NCBI GenBank assembly: GCA_900234795.1
Contig: LT962688.1
Location: 630,001-662,000, forward strand
Source: Methylorubrum extorquens
Lineage (GTDB): Bacteria > Pseudomonadota > Alphaproteobacteria > Rhizobiales > Beijerinckiaceae
Reading direction: 5' to 3'
Length of the DNA: 32,000 bases
This document shows positions 1 through 8,812 of this stretch, piece by piece. The translations under genes were made by a program, and so were the position numbers. Positions within the stretch are counted from its first letter, which is position 1. The number at the start of each line of letters is the position of its first letter. The notes beneath the pieces are model-generated. The model did not search any database. It worked only from the letters and a program-made list of their open reading frames with translations, and had not been told where the DNA came from.

Positions 1-406
1 CGATGGCCTCGTGCACCTGCTTCAGCCAATCCTCGGCGATCCGCGCGCGCTCCTCGGCAGCCTCGGCCCGCTCTTCCGCCGCGCGGATGCGCTGCTCGGC
101 CTGAGCCTGCACGTTGGCCGCCTTGGTCTCCGCGGCCCGGACCCGCTCGCTGGCGAGTTTCACGTCGTCACGAACGCGTTCCAGCAGTTCGTGCACGCGC
201 TGCTCCTGCTCCTGAGCTTGCGCCTCGACTTCGCGCGTCCGCTGGGCGGCGGCCCGCACGCGGTCGATCAGGTTCGCCCAATCCTGAGAGGAGGAGGGCG
301 ACGCCACCACCACGGAGGCGTTCGCATCGGCATCCGATTGGACGAGACGCAGAATACTCGTCAGGCTATCGGCCTGCTTCGGAGCATCGTGAGAAGCGGC
401 AGTCAT
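1..406 (-). CDS. Hypothetical coiled-coil protein. This is the N-terminal part only, because the gene runs off the left window edge, so it is absent from the ORF track.
   Basis: Hand translation of the minus strand from the ATG at 406..404 gives MTAASHDAPKQADSLTSILRLVQSD...RVHELLERVRDDVKLASERVRAAETKAANVQAQAEQRIRAAEERAEAAEERARIAEDWLKQVHEAI and stays open to position 1. The composition is A/E/R/Q-rich and heptad-like. The plus-strand ORF 11..526 is its shadow. In-frame ATGs at 454, 472 and 496 are alternative starts but lie in AT-rich, rare-codon sequence. Confidence 0.5.
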   Translation of the reverse strand, partial: MTAASHDAPKQADSLTSILRLVQSDADANASVVVASPSSSQDWANLIDRVRAAAQRTREVEAQAQEQEQRVHELLERVRDDVKLASERVRAAETKAANVQAQAEQRIRAAEERAEAAEERARIAEDWLKQVHEAI

Positions 407-540
407 CTCTTGAGACTCAGCGTGATCAAGATCAAGTGGACGCTCCCAGCGCATTTTCTTGATTATGTCCATTATGAAACGCTTCCAGCGAGACATGGAT
501 GCCAGGCGGACACAAGCGGGCGATGAATGATCCGCAAAAC

Positions 541-700
541 CACAATCGTTCGAAATAAACAGCCGAAGCAAGTCAAATTTTTAAGGACGATATTGCCGAT
601 TTTGTCTTCCATTAAGATGTTGTAAAAATATCACTAATAGGGCCGATGTATTCTCAATTTGCTATAGAATGTTAATTGCTTTCCTGCGAGACGCTTGGCA
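541..700. promoter_or_regulatory. Strongly AT-rich intergenic island. It is the likely promoter or nucleoid-protein binding region upstream of the coiled-coil gene.
   Basis: A hand count gives roughly one-third G+C over about 541..680, against about 70% elsewhere. No convincing gene is present on either strand. Confidence 0.3.
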
Positions 701-902
701 GTTCGATAGAGGTGAGTCGTAGCCTTTACGGACTATCGACCAAGGCTTGTCCCTGAGCTGGCTGGATAGATCGAGTATCTGCGCTCCCGCCGTCGAATGT
801 AGCCTCCGCTCGGAGCGGCTGCAGAACGCCTCCCTTCCGTCCTGCGCCGTGACCAAGTCTGCATACAACTTCGCATTGCGTGCTCCAGGCCGGAGGGCAC
901 GG

Positions 903-2033
903 TCAGGTGCGCTCCGCCAGAAGGGGCTCGAGGGCATCGAGATATCCCGCGACGGCCGCCTCCACCGTGAAATGCGGGAGCGCGCGCTCGGCCGCCCGGC
1001 GCAGGTCCCGGCGGCGGCCCTCATCGTCGAGGAGCCGCAGGGTCGCATCGACCCAATCCACCACCGCCATCGGCCGCACCTCGCCACAGCCATAGGTTTC
1101 GAGGAGACTACGGGCCGCGCCGGAATGGGGTGAGGCGAGCACCGGCGTCCCGCTCTGGAGCGCCTCCTGCACGACGATTCCCCACACGTCGCCGCGGCTC
1201 GTAAACAGGAAGAGTCGGGCCGAGGCGTAGACCGCGGGCAGCGCCTCCTGGCCCAGGAAGCCATCGAAGCGGGCGGAGATTCCCGCCTGCGCGAACCGCG
1301 CCTCCATCTCCCCCCGCAGCGGGCCGTCCCCGGCGACCCGGACCGACAGGCGCCGGCCGCGGGCACAGCAGCCGAGCACCACGTCGGTGAAGAAGCGTGC
1401 GCCCTTCACCTCCTCGTTCAGCATGCCGCAGAACAGGAGGTCGTAGGGCCGTTCGGAGTCGGGCGGGGGCGGGGCGGGCGGCGTCCAGGCCGGAAAGAGC
1501 GGGCTCAGGACGAAGTTCCGAGCCGGCAAGCCGTAGCGGGCCAGCACGGCGCCGCTGCCCTCGCTCGGTCCGATCCCGGCGGCAGCCCCCGCGACGATGG
1601 CACGGCGCAGCCAGCGATGCGGGGCCGAGCGCTCGCCGGGATCGGTCTCGGGCACCCCGTCGGTGCGGATCAGGGTGGGGATGCGCCGCAGGCGCGCGGC
1701 GCCGGCCGCCAACAGCATGGTCGGCGAGAAGTCGTTGAGCACCACCGCCGCCGGATGGAGGGCGGCGAGCCGCGGCACCACCGCCGGGTTGACGTAGAGG
1801 TTGCGGATCGAGGAGCGGTGCCAGCGCAGGCCCGGCAGCACGGCATGCCGGTAGAGGCGCGGCGGCGGCATCACCCATTGCCGTGCGCTCTCGCGCGGCG
1901 TGCAGGACAGGACGTGCAGGGCCCGGCCGTCTCGGCCGGCGAGCCGTTCCGCCAGATGCTCGTAGAGAACATGCGTGTAGGGCGCGAGCGCCCCGGTCAC
2001 GACGACGATCGGGCGCATCGCACCGGTTGCCAT
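903..2033 (-). CDS. Glycosyltransferase, GT-B fold, family 4 (Glycos_transf_1-like)
   Basis: 376-aa ORF. The C-terminal half has the typical GT4 layout (...FCGMLNEEVKGARFF...VAGDGPLRGEME...FLFTSRGDVWGIVVQEALQSGTPVLAS...). High GC3. The overlapping ORFs in other frames are shadows. Confidence 0.85.
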   Translation of the reverse strand: MATGAMRPIVVVTGALAPYTHVLYEHLAERLAGRDGRALHVLSCTPRESARQWVMPPPRLYRHAVLPGLRWHRSSIRNLYVNPAVVPRLAALHPAAVVLNDFSPTMLLAAGAARLRRIPTLIRTDGVPETDPGERSAPHRWLRRAIVAGAAAGIGPSEGSGAVLARYGLPARNFVLSPLFPAWTPPAPPPPDSERPYDLLFCGMLNEEVKGARFFTDVVLGCCARGRRLSVRVAGDGPLRGEMEARFAQAGISARFDGFLGQEALPAVYASARLFLFTSRGDVWGIVVQEALQSGTPVLASPHSGAARSLLETYGCGEVRPMAVVDWVDATLRLLDDEGRRRDLRRAAERALPHFTVEAAVAGYLDALEPLLAERT

Positions 2034-2103
2034 GGATGGGCGACCTCAGGTCAGGCGCCGCGGACTCGAACCGGCCCGGCGCCGATCGGCAGGGATAGAG
2101 CAT

Positions 2104-2136
2104 CGTCCCGAAAGGTGACCACCGGCTTTCGGGACG
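2104..2136 (-). other. Perfect 11-bp-stem hairpin between the deacetylase and GT4 genes. It could be an intercistronic terminator, attenuator or RNA-stability element.
   Basis: CGTCCCGAAAG (2104..2114) pairs perfectly with CTTTCGGGACG (2126..2136) across an 11-nt loop. No U-tract follows on the minus strand. Confidence 0.35.
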
Positions 2137-2170
2137 ACGCGGTCAACACGTGTCGAGAGCGGAAATCGTC

Positions 2171-3028
2171 TCAAGCCGTTCCCCGCGCCCGCCACCCCGT
2201 CCGGCGGCCGCCCATCAGCGCCTCGAAATCGGAGACCGGCCAATGCGGTTCGACCACGTGGCGGGGCATCGCCGGCAGGTCCGCTTCGCTCAGCGCCCGG
2301 CCGCGCCGCGTGGTGAAGAAGGTCCGGTAGCCGCTCTCCAGGGCCAGCGCCGGGTCATGCTCCGGATCGAAATCGTGGCCAGCGACACCCCAGGGGCAGG
2401 CGAAATGGCGGATCTCCCGGCCGGTGAGGGCAGCAAGGTCGCGCCGGGAGCGGGTGATCTCGTCGGCGACCCGCGCGCGGTCGAGCCGGCTCAAGCGCTG
2501 GTGGGTGGCGGTGTGGGATCCGATGTCGAGACCGTCGGCGCACCAGGCCGCGATCTCGGCCCGTCTCATGTAGAGGCGCCCGCTCGGGGACAGGGACGTC
2601 GCCCGGTCGAGGCCGGGCGGCGTGCTCGGCGGCGCGTCGATCCAGTCGCTGATGAGGAAGACGATGCCCGGAATGCCCAGGGCCCGCAGAACCGGACGCG
2701 CCACCTCGAAGGTGTCGGCATAGCCGTCGTCGAAGGTGACGAGGAAGGCGCGGTCGCCGGCCGGCCAGCCCGCGGCGAGACGCTCGGCGGCCCCGTCGGC
2801 ATCGATGAAATCGCCGTACCGGCCGAGATGGCGCAATTGCGCGGCGAAGCGATCCTGCTGGGCTTCGGGCACCTGGTGGTAGCACAGTGTGTAGAGACCG
2901 GGCTCGGCGCAGGCCAACGACTTGAACAGCGCGCTCCCGCGCAGGGCGAGCGCGCGCAGGGCCGGCGCGCGGCGCAACGTCGTTTTGACCCAGTGCTTCA
3001 TCCGCGTCTCACCCTCCGATGCCTGCAT
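2171..3028 (-). CDS. Polysaccharide deacetylase (NodB homology domain, CE4)
   Basis: 285-aa ORF with the NodB motifs FLVTFDDGYADTF and GSHTATH. An alternative start is the ATG at 3001 (MKHWVK...). Confidence 0.9.
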   Translation of the reverse strand: MQASEGETRMKHWVKTTLRRAPALRALALRGSALFKSLACAEPGLYTLCYHQVPEAQQDRFAAQLRHLGRYGDFIDADGAAERLAAGWPAGDRAFLVTFDDGYADTFEVARPVLRALGIPGIVFLISDWIDAPPSTPPGLDRATSLSPSGRLYMRRAEIAAWCADGLDIGSHTATHQRLSRLDRARVADEITRSRRDLAALTGREIRHFACPWGVAGHDFDPEHDPALALESGYRTFFTTRRGRALSEADLPAMPRHVVEPHWPVSDFEALMGGRRTGWRARGTA

Positions 3029-3121
3029 CTATCACACAGATAAGCTGATGGCATCTGCACAAATCATCCCGATCGACCGTGGTTAATCTGACATATTGGT
3101 TTCAATATTGATGACGACGCG

Positions 3122-4204
3122 GTGGCTCGTCCCTTGCTCATCAGCGTTAGGCAGGCCATGGCCTGTCCCGCGCCGGAACGGCCGGCACGGAGAGGATGTT
3201 CGAAGGTGGGGCAACTGACGGTCGTCGACGTCACGGACGATCCCGATTGGGACGCGGCGGTCTGGCAGCAGCCGGGCGCCAATCTCTACGCGTCGCGCCG
3301 CTGGGGCGAGTACAAAAGCTGCATCGGCTGGGACGTGCGGCGGCTCGCCATCCGCGCGGGTGACGGGCAGGCGCTCGCCTACGCCCAGGTTCAGCGCCGC
3401 CGCCGCTGGCTCGGCCACGTCGTCCTGGCGCAGGGCTGCCCGGTCCTGACACGGCTGGGCGAGAAGCGGGCGGAGGCGGTGTTCCGCGCCTTTCTCGGGC
3501 ATCTCGAACTCAGCCGCCTCGATCTGCTCGGCGTGAACTACCAGCAGTTCCAGACGCCGGCAGCGGTGATGGCCCTGCTCGGCCACGGCTTCGCGCCGGT
3601 CGTCACCGCCCGGACGCATACGCTGGAACTCGATCTGACCGGGGAGATGGACCAGATCCGCTCCGCCATGGAGGGTCGCTGGCGCGACGTGCTCAAGACC
3701 GCCGAGCGAAACCCGGATCTCACGACCACATTCCCGACCGGTCCGGCCGAGCGGCTGGCGGCCTTCGAGACCTTCGGCCGCCTCTACGATGCCCTGAAGC
3801 GGCGCAAGGGCTTTCGCAACAGCCTCGACACGACGGCCTTCCGCGATCTGGCGGCGAACGACCCGAATCTGCTGTTCCTCGAAATGCGCGAGCGGGACGA
3901 ACCCGTTCTGGTGCGGATCATCCACCGGACGGCGAACCGCTGGACGGACTTCTACGTCGCCTCGAACGAGCGGGCCAAGGCGACCGGAGCCGGCCGCCTC
4001 GCCCTCTGGCGCCTGATCGAGCGGGCCAAGCGCGAGGGGGCCTCGGTGCTCGATCTCGGCGGCATCGACCCTGCCGGCAACCCGGGCGTCACCGAATTCA
4101 AGCGCGGCGCCAGCCGCAACGTCGTGGCGTCCAACCCGCTCTGGCTGTTCAGCCGAAGCCGGGCGATGCGCCGCGCCGCGACGGCCATCCTGGCCACGCG
4201 CTGA
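3122..4204 (+). CDS. FemAB-family / GNAT-fold (peptidoglycan-bridge-type) transferase-like protein
   Basis: The ORF shows the FemAB-like pattern ...LYASRRWGEYK...YDALKRRKGFRN...FLEMRERDEPVLVRIIH...YVASNERAKATGAGRLALWRLIERAKREGASVLDLGGI...VTEFKRG. The more likely start is the GTG at 3206 (VGQLTVVDV), which sits 9 nt after a GGAGAGGA Shine-Dalgarno at 3189..3196. The 376-aa minus ORF 3083..4213 is a shadow. Confidence 0.75.
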   Translation: MARPLLISVRQAMACPAPERPARRGCSKVGQLTVVDVTDDPDWDAAVWQQPGANLYASRRWGEYKSCIGWDVRRLAIRAGDGQALAYAQVQRRRRWLGHVVLAQGCPVLTRLGEKRAEAVFRAFLGHLELSRLDLLGVNYQQFQTPAAVMALLGHGFAPVVTARTHTLELDLTGEMDQIRSAMEGRWRDVLKTAERNPDLTTTFPTGPAERLAAFETFGRLYDALKRRKGFRNSLDTTAFRDLAANDPNLLFLEMRERDEPVLVRIIHRTANRWTDFYVASNERAKATGAGRLALWRLIERAKREGASVLDLGGIDPAGNPGVTEFKRGASRNVVASNPLWLFSRSRAMRRAATAILATR

Positions 4205-4218
4205 GCAGGACATCCGCG

Positions 4219-5571
4219 ATGCCCGAAGCCCACACCGCGCCCGTCCCGCCGGCAGGCCTGCTCCGGCGCGCCGCCGGTCTCCTCCGGCGCCCGCCGGCCG
4301 CGCTCGCCGCCCTGGCCGACCAGGGCGTCGTCAGCGGCTTCGGCTTCCTCAGCGGCATCGTCGCCGCCCGTCTGCTCGGCATCGCCGAGTTCGGGCATTT
4401 CGCGATGATCCTGATCGTGCTCACCTTCGCGCAGGCCCTGCACAACGCCCTCATCACCGCGCCGATGATGACGCTGGTCGGTGCCCGCAGCGGCGTCTCG
4501 ACGGCCTATGCCGCAACCATCCTCACCGGCGCCTTCCTGCTCTGCGTGCCCGGCGCGGTCTTCGTGGTGATCGCCCTCCTCATCGGCGGGATGTCGGGGG
4601 AGACGCTTGTGGCGGCCTGCGCCCTGATGCTGGCGCAGAACCTCCAGTTCACCCTGCGCCGCCTCCTGTTTGCGAAAGGTCGGGGCGTGCAGGCCCTGCT
4701 CATGGATTTCGCCCGCGCCGCGAGCTTCCCCTTCATCGCCCTGGTGATCTGGCTTGAGCACGACGTCATCGGCAGCAACGGCTTCGTCTGGCTGCTCGCC
4801 GCGACCTCGTTCGCGACCTGCCTGCCCTTCATCGTTGCGTTCGGCCGGCCGATCCTGCGCCGGCCCGGCTGCGTGCAGACCGGCGCGGTCTTTCGGCGCC
4901 ACATCCCGCTCGCCCGCTGGCTCCTGCCCATCGTCTTCGTCACCTTCGTCCAGGAACAGCTCATCTGGCTGGTGGCTGGCGCGACGCTGGGGCTGGAGGA
5001 ACTCGGCGGCCTGCGGGCGGCGCAGTACCTCGTCGGGACCGTGCTGCTGCTGCTCGCCGCCACGGAGAACGTCCTGCCGGTGGCCGCCGCGCGCGCGCAT
5101 TCCGAGGGCGGAGAGGCGGCCCTGCGCCGCTACCTCATGCGCACGGGCATCAAGCTCGGGGTACCGATCATCGCGATCCTCGCGGTCCTCGCCATTCCGG
5201 GTGCGATGTGGCTGCGCCTGATCTTCGGGGCGGAATATGCGGCCTATGCCAACTGCCTGCACATCCTCTCGGCCAGTGTCGTGATCGTGCTGGCCCGCGA
5301 CCTCACCGCGAACTACTTCCGCGCCAAACAGAACACCCGGGTGCTGTTCGCGTCGCTCTGCGTGAGCATGGTCGTGTCGCTCGCCGTGGTGGTCCCGCTG
5401 ATGCAGGCCGGCGGCGTCAGCGGCGCCGCGGCGGCGGTGGGGGCGGGGCACCTCGCCTCCCTCATCTACCTCGTGCTGGCCGCGCGGCGGCAATCACGCC
5501 CGGCCTCGGCGTGGCCGATGCCGGGCCGGTGGCGGCGCTCGCTCAGGCCGGCCAAGTCGGCGCAGACCTGA
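4219..5571 (+). CDS. Polysaccharide/oligosaccharide flippase-like membrane protein (MOP/Wzx-type, Polysacc_synt-like)
   Basis: 450-aa ORF that is hydrophobic throughout with about 12 predicted helices by eye. It starts 14 nt after the FemAB-like stop. The N-terminal ...GFGFLSGIVAARLLGIAEFGHFAMI... is typical of Wzx-like proteins. Confidence 0.7.
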   Translation: MPEAHTAPVPPAGLLRRAAGLLRRPPAALAALADQGVVSGFGFLSGIVAARLLGIAEFGHFAMILIVLTFAQALHNALITAPMMTLVGARSGVSTAYAATILTGAFLLCVPGAVFVVIALLIGGMSGETLVAACALMLAQNLQFTLRRLLFAKGRGVQALLMDFARAASFPFIALVIWLEHDVIGSNGFVWLLAATSFATCLPFIVAFGRPILRRPGCVQTGAVFRRHIPLARWLLPIVFVTFVQEQLIWLVAGATLGLEELGGLRAAQYLVGTVLLLLAATENVLPVAAARAHSEGGEAALRRYLMRTGIKLGVPIIAILAVLAIPGAMWLRLIFGAEYAAYANCLHILSASVVIVLARDLTANYFRAKQNTRVLFASLCVSMVVSLAVVVPLMQAGGVSGAAAAVGAGHLASLIYLVLAARRQSRPASAWPMPGRWRRSLRPAKSAQT

Positions 5572-5806
5572 CCACCGCCGGAGATTGGGGCGAAACGCAG
5601 CCGGCTTGACGGTGCGAAGCACGGTTTGAAGCGGGGAGCCGGTTTCACGCGACGGCCGAGGCCGGATGGTCGGCCTTCGACACAACGTAGGCCGCTGGAA
5701 TGCCCGCCTTTGGGCAATCCAGCTTGACGGGCTCAAGCGACCGGGTTTGCACGCGATCGATCGCGCGACCTGATTCTTTGTTGGCGTGCGGGAAGCACGG
5801 CAGTCG

Positions 5807-5832
5807 GGGCGGCGCGCCTGAACGCGCCGCCC
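5807..5832 (-). terminator. GC-rich hairpin just downstream of the formate dehydrogenase alpha gene, in a convergent intergenic region
   Basis: GGGCGGCGCG (5807..5816) pairs perfectly with CGCGCCGCCC (5823..5832) around the loop CCTGAA. It begins 11 nt after the fdh alpha stop. There is no clear U-tract. Confidence 0.4.
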
Positions 5833-5842
5833 GTCACACGCT

Positions 5843-8812
5843 TTACTCGGCGGCCATCGGCGCAGCCTCCGCGGGGACGACGCGGGCTGCGCAGAATTTG
5901 AACTCGGGAATCTTTCCAAGGGGGTCGAGAGCGGGGTTGGTCAGAAGGTTGGCGGCGGCTTCCGCGTAGCAGAAGGGCATGAAGATCATGCCGATCGGAA
6001 CGTCCCGGTCGGAGCGCACCTTCAACACGACGGCGCCGCGCCGTGTTTCCAACCGCATCGACCCGCCGGGCCGGAGACCAAGCCGGTAGAGCTCCTTGGG
6101 TGCCATGAAGGCCACCGCCTCCGGCTCCAGCGCGTCGAGCACGCCCGCGCGCCGGGTCATCGAGCCCGTGTGCCAGTGTTCGAGCACGCGGCCGGTCGAG
6201 AGCACCATCGGGAACTCGTCGTCCGGCACCTCGTCCGGCGGCACGATCGCCGCGGGCACGATCTTGGCGCGACCGCTCTCGGTCGGGAAGCCGGCATAGA
6301 AGATGATCTCGTTGCCGGGCTGGTCCGGAGCATCGACCGGATAGGTCACCGCCCCCTCGCGCTCCAGCCGCTCCCAGGTAATGTTGTTCAAGGACGGCAT
6401 CACCTGCGCCATCTCGGCGAAGATATCGGCCGGGCCGCCGTAGTTCCAGTCGAGGTCGAGGCGTCGGGCCAGTTCCTGGATGATCCACCAATCCTGGCGC
6501 GCATCGCCCGGAGGGGCGACGACGGGCTGGGCGATCTGCACGCGCCGGTCTGTGTTGGTGAAGGTGCCGGCCTTCTCGGCAAAGGCCGAGGCCGGCAGCA
6601 CCACGTCGGCGTGGAAGGCGGTCTCGGTCAGGAACAGGTCCTGCACCACGAGGTGGTCGAGCATCGCCAGCGCGTGGCGGGCGTGGTTGAGGTCGGGGTC
6701 GGACATCGCCGGGTTCTCGCCCTCGACGAACATGCCCTTAATCTCGCCCGCGTGGATCGCGCGCATGATCTCGACCACGGTGAGGCCCTTCTGCGGATCG
6801 AGGGACTGGCCCCAGAACTCCTCGAACAGCTCGCGCACCGCGTCCTTCTCGACCGACTGATAGTCCGGGTAGACCATCGGGATCAGGCCGGCATCGGACG
6901 CGCCCTGGACGTTGTTCTGGCCGCGCAACGGGTGCAGGCCGGTGCCGGGCCGGCCGATTTGGCCGGTGATGAGGGCGAGCGCGATCAGGCAGCGCGAGTT
7001 GTCGGTGCCGTGGACGTGCTGGCTGACGCCCATGCCCCAGAAGATGAGCGACGACTTGGCCCGGGCGTAGAGCCGGGCGACCTCGCGCAGGGTCTCGGCG
7101 TCGATGCCGCAGACCGAGGCCATCTTCTCCGGCGTGAAGTCGACGATCTTCTCGCGCAGAGCCTCGAAGTTCTCGGTGTAGCCGGCGATGTACTGCTCGT
7201 CGTAGAGGCCCTCCGTGACGATCACGTTGAGCATCGCGTTGAGCATCGCCACGTCGGAGCCGGGGCGGAAGGCGAGGTGCCGATAGGCGTGGCGCGAGAG
7301 CGTCTGGCGCCGCGGGTCCATAATGATCAGCTTGGCGCCGCGCTGCTTCACCGCGTTCTTGAGGAAGGTGGCAGCGACCGGATGGTTCACGGTCGGGTTG
7401 GCGCCGATGACGACGATGACCTCGGCGTCGAGCGCTGCCGAGAAGGGAGCGGTGACGGCGCCGGAATTCAGGCCCTCCATCAGCGCCGCGACCGACGAGG
7501 CGTGGCACAGGCGCGTGCAGTGATCGACGTTGTTGGTGCCGAAGCCGAGGCGGACGAGCTTCTGGAAGAGGTAGGCCTCCTCGTTCGACCCCTTGGCCGA
7601 GCCGAAGCCCGCCAGCGCCTTGCGCCCGTTGGTGTCACGGATCGCCTTCAGGCCGCCCGCTGCGCGGTCGAGCGCCTCGTCCCAGGTCGCCTCGCGGAAA
7701 TGCGTCCAGGGGTTGGCCGGATCGACCTGATCGTTGGCGTCCTTGGGCACGTTCTCCAGGCGGATCAGCGGCACCGTCAGGCGGTGGGGGTGGTGGACGT
7801 AGTCGAAACCGAAGCGGCCCTTCACACAGAGCCGGTTCTGGTTGGCCGGTCCGTTCACGCCCTCGGCGTAGACGATGCGCTCGTCCTTGACCTTGTAGGA
7901 GACTTGGCAGCCGACGCCGCAATAGGGGCAGAGCGACTTCACCTCGCGGTCGGGATAGACCGTCCGGGTCTGGTTGGCGTCGAGATAGGCAGCCGGCATC
8001 AGCGCGCCGGTCGGGCAGGCCTGGACGCACTCGCCGCAGGCGACGCAGGTGGAGCCACCCATCGGATCGTCGAAGTCGAACACGACCTTGGAGCCCGCGG
8101 CTCGGTAGGCCATGCCGATCACGTCGTTGACCTGAACCTCGCGGCAGGCGCGCACACAGAGATTGCACTGGATGCAGGCGTCGAGGTTGACGCTCATCGC
8201 CGGGTGGCTGACGTCGCTGGTCCAGCGCTCGGCCGCCGGGAAGCGGCTCTCGGTCACGTCGAGAACGTCGGCCTGCACCCAGAAATGCGACGACGGGTCA
8301 TGCGAGGTCGCGCGCTCGGGCTGATCGGCCACGAGCAGTTCGAGCACCATGGCGCGGGCCTTGGTGGCGCGCTCGGTGGCCGACTTCACCTTCATGCCGA
8401 TGGCGGGCGTACGCTTGCACGAGGCGGCGAGCACGCGCTCGCCCTCGATCTCGACCATGCAGGCGCGGCAATTGCCGTCCGGGCGGTAGCCGGGATCGGG
8501 CTTGTGGCAGAGATGCGGGATATGCGTGCCGAGGCGCTTGGCGACCGCCCAGATCGTCTCGCCGGGCTGGGCCTCGACCTGTTGGCCGTCGAACTCGAAG
8601 GCGATGGTCGCGGGCGCGACCGGGGCGTCCTTGATGCCGTAGGTGCCGGAAGGGTCGGGCGCGGCCTGGCCACCCGACTTGGCGCCCTGCGAGTAGGCGC
8701 CGCCGGAGGTCGATGGCGCGCCATTTGCCGGCCCGCCGGCATCCTGACGTTCGTCGGCGCGGATCTCGGGCTGTTCGATCTTGTTGCCGTGCGGTTCGGG
8801 GCCGTTGCTCAT
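5843..8812 (-). CDS. fdhF: NAD-linked formate dehydrogenase alpha (catalytic, bis-MGD Mo/W) subunit, Fdh1A/FdsA type
   Basis: 989 aa. The N-terminal 2Fe-2S and 4Fe-4S cysteine clusters (...HLCH...CRAC..., CIQCNLCVRAC, CVACGECVQACP, CPYCGVGC) are followed by molybdopterin oxidoreductase domains. The active-site position is Cys (VDHCTRLCHASS), not an in-frame TGA. The size matches the reported 107-kDa alpha subunit of the M. extorquens tungsten FDH1. Confidence 0.97.
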   Translation of the reverse strand: MSNGPEPHGNKIEQPEIRADERQDAGGPANGAPSTSGGAYSQGAKSGGQAAPDPSGTYGIKDAPVAPATIAFEFDGQQVEAQPGETIWAVAKRLGTHIPHLCHKPDPGYRPDGNCRACMVEIEGERVLAASCKRTPAIGMKVKSATERATKARAMVLELLVADQPERATSHDPSSHFWVQADVLDVTESRFPAAERWTSDVSHPAMSVNLDACIQCNLCVRACREVQVNDVIGMAYRAAGSKVVFDFDDPMGGSTCVACGECVQACPTGALMPAAYLDANQTRTVYPDREVKSLCPYCGVGCQVSYKVKDERIVYAEGVNGPANQNRLCVKGRFGFDYVHHPHRLTVPLIRLENVPKDANDQVDPANPWTHFREATWDEALDRAAGGLKAIRDTNGRKALAGFGSAKGSNEEAYLFQKLVRLGFGTNNVDHCTRLCHASSVAALMEGLNSGAVTAPFSAALDAEVIVVIGANPTVNHPVAATFLKNAVKQRGAKLIIMDPRRQTLSRHAYRHLAFRPGSDVAMLNAMLNVIVTEGLYDEQYIAGYTENFEALREKIVDFTPEKMASVCGIDAETLREVARLYARAKSSLIFWGMGVSQHVHGTDNSRCLIALALITGQIGRPGTGLHPLRGQNNVQGASDAGLIPMVYPDYQSVEKDAVRELFEEFWGQSLDPQKGLTVVEIMRAIHAGEIKGMFVEGENPAMSDPDLNHARHALAMLDHLVVQDLFLTETAFHADVVLPASAFAEKAGTFTNTDRRVQIAQPVVAPPGDARQDWWIIQELARRLDLDWNYGGPADIFAEMAQVMPSLNNITWERLEREGAVTYPVDAPDQPGNEIIFYAGFPTESGRAKIVPAAIVPPDEVPDDEFPMVLSTGRVLEHWHTGSMTRRAGVLDALEPEAVAFMAPKELYRLGLRPGGSMRLETRRGAVVLKVRSDRDVPIGMIFMPFCYAEAAANLLTNPALDPLGKIPEFKFCAARVVPAEAAPMAAE

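Noticed and set aside
472-612. A 46-codon AT-rich minus-strand ORF (MEDKIGNIVLKNLTCFGCLFRTIVVLRIIHRPLV...)
   Set aside because: Its codon usage is completely atypical for this genome, it has no SD, and an ORF of this length is expected by chance. It is kept only as a note inside the AT-rich-island finding.
5752-5765. The perfect 14-bp palindrome CGCGATCGATCGCG in the convergent flippase/fdh intergenic region
   Set aside because: It is real in the sequence, but short GC-rich palindromes are common at this base composition. I cannot attach a function, and no adjacent promoter or gene start is present.
5843-8812. Possible selenocysteine (in-frame TGA) in the formate dehydrogenase alpha subunit
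   Set aside because: The reading frame is uninterrupted, and the position equivalent to the Sec of FdhF-type enzymes is Cys (RLCH). No recoding is needed.
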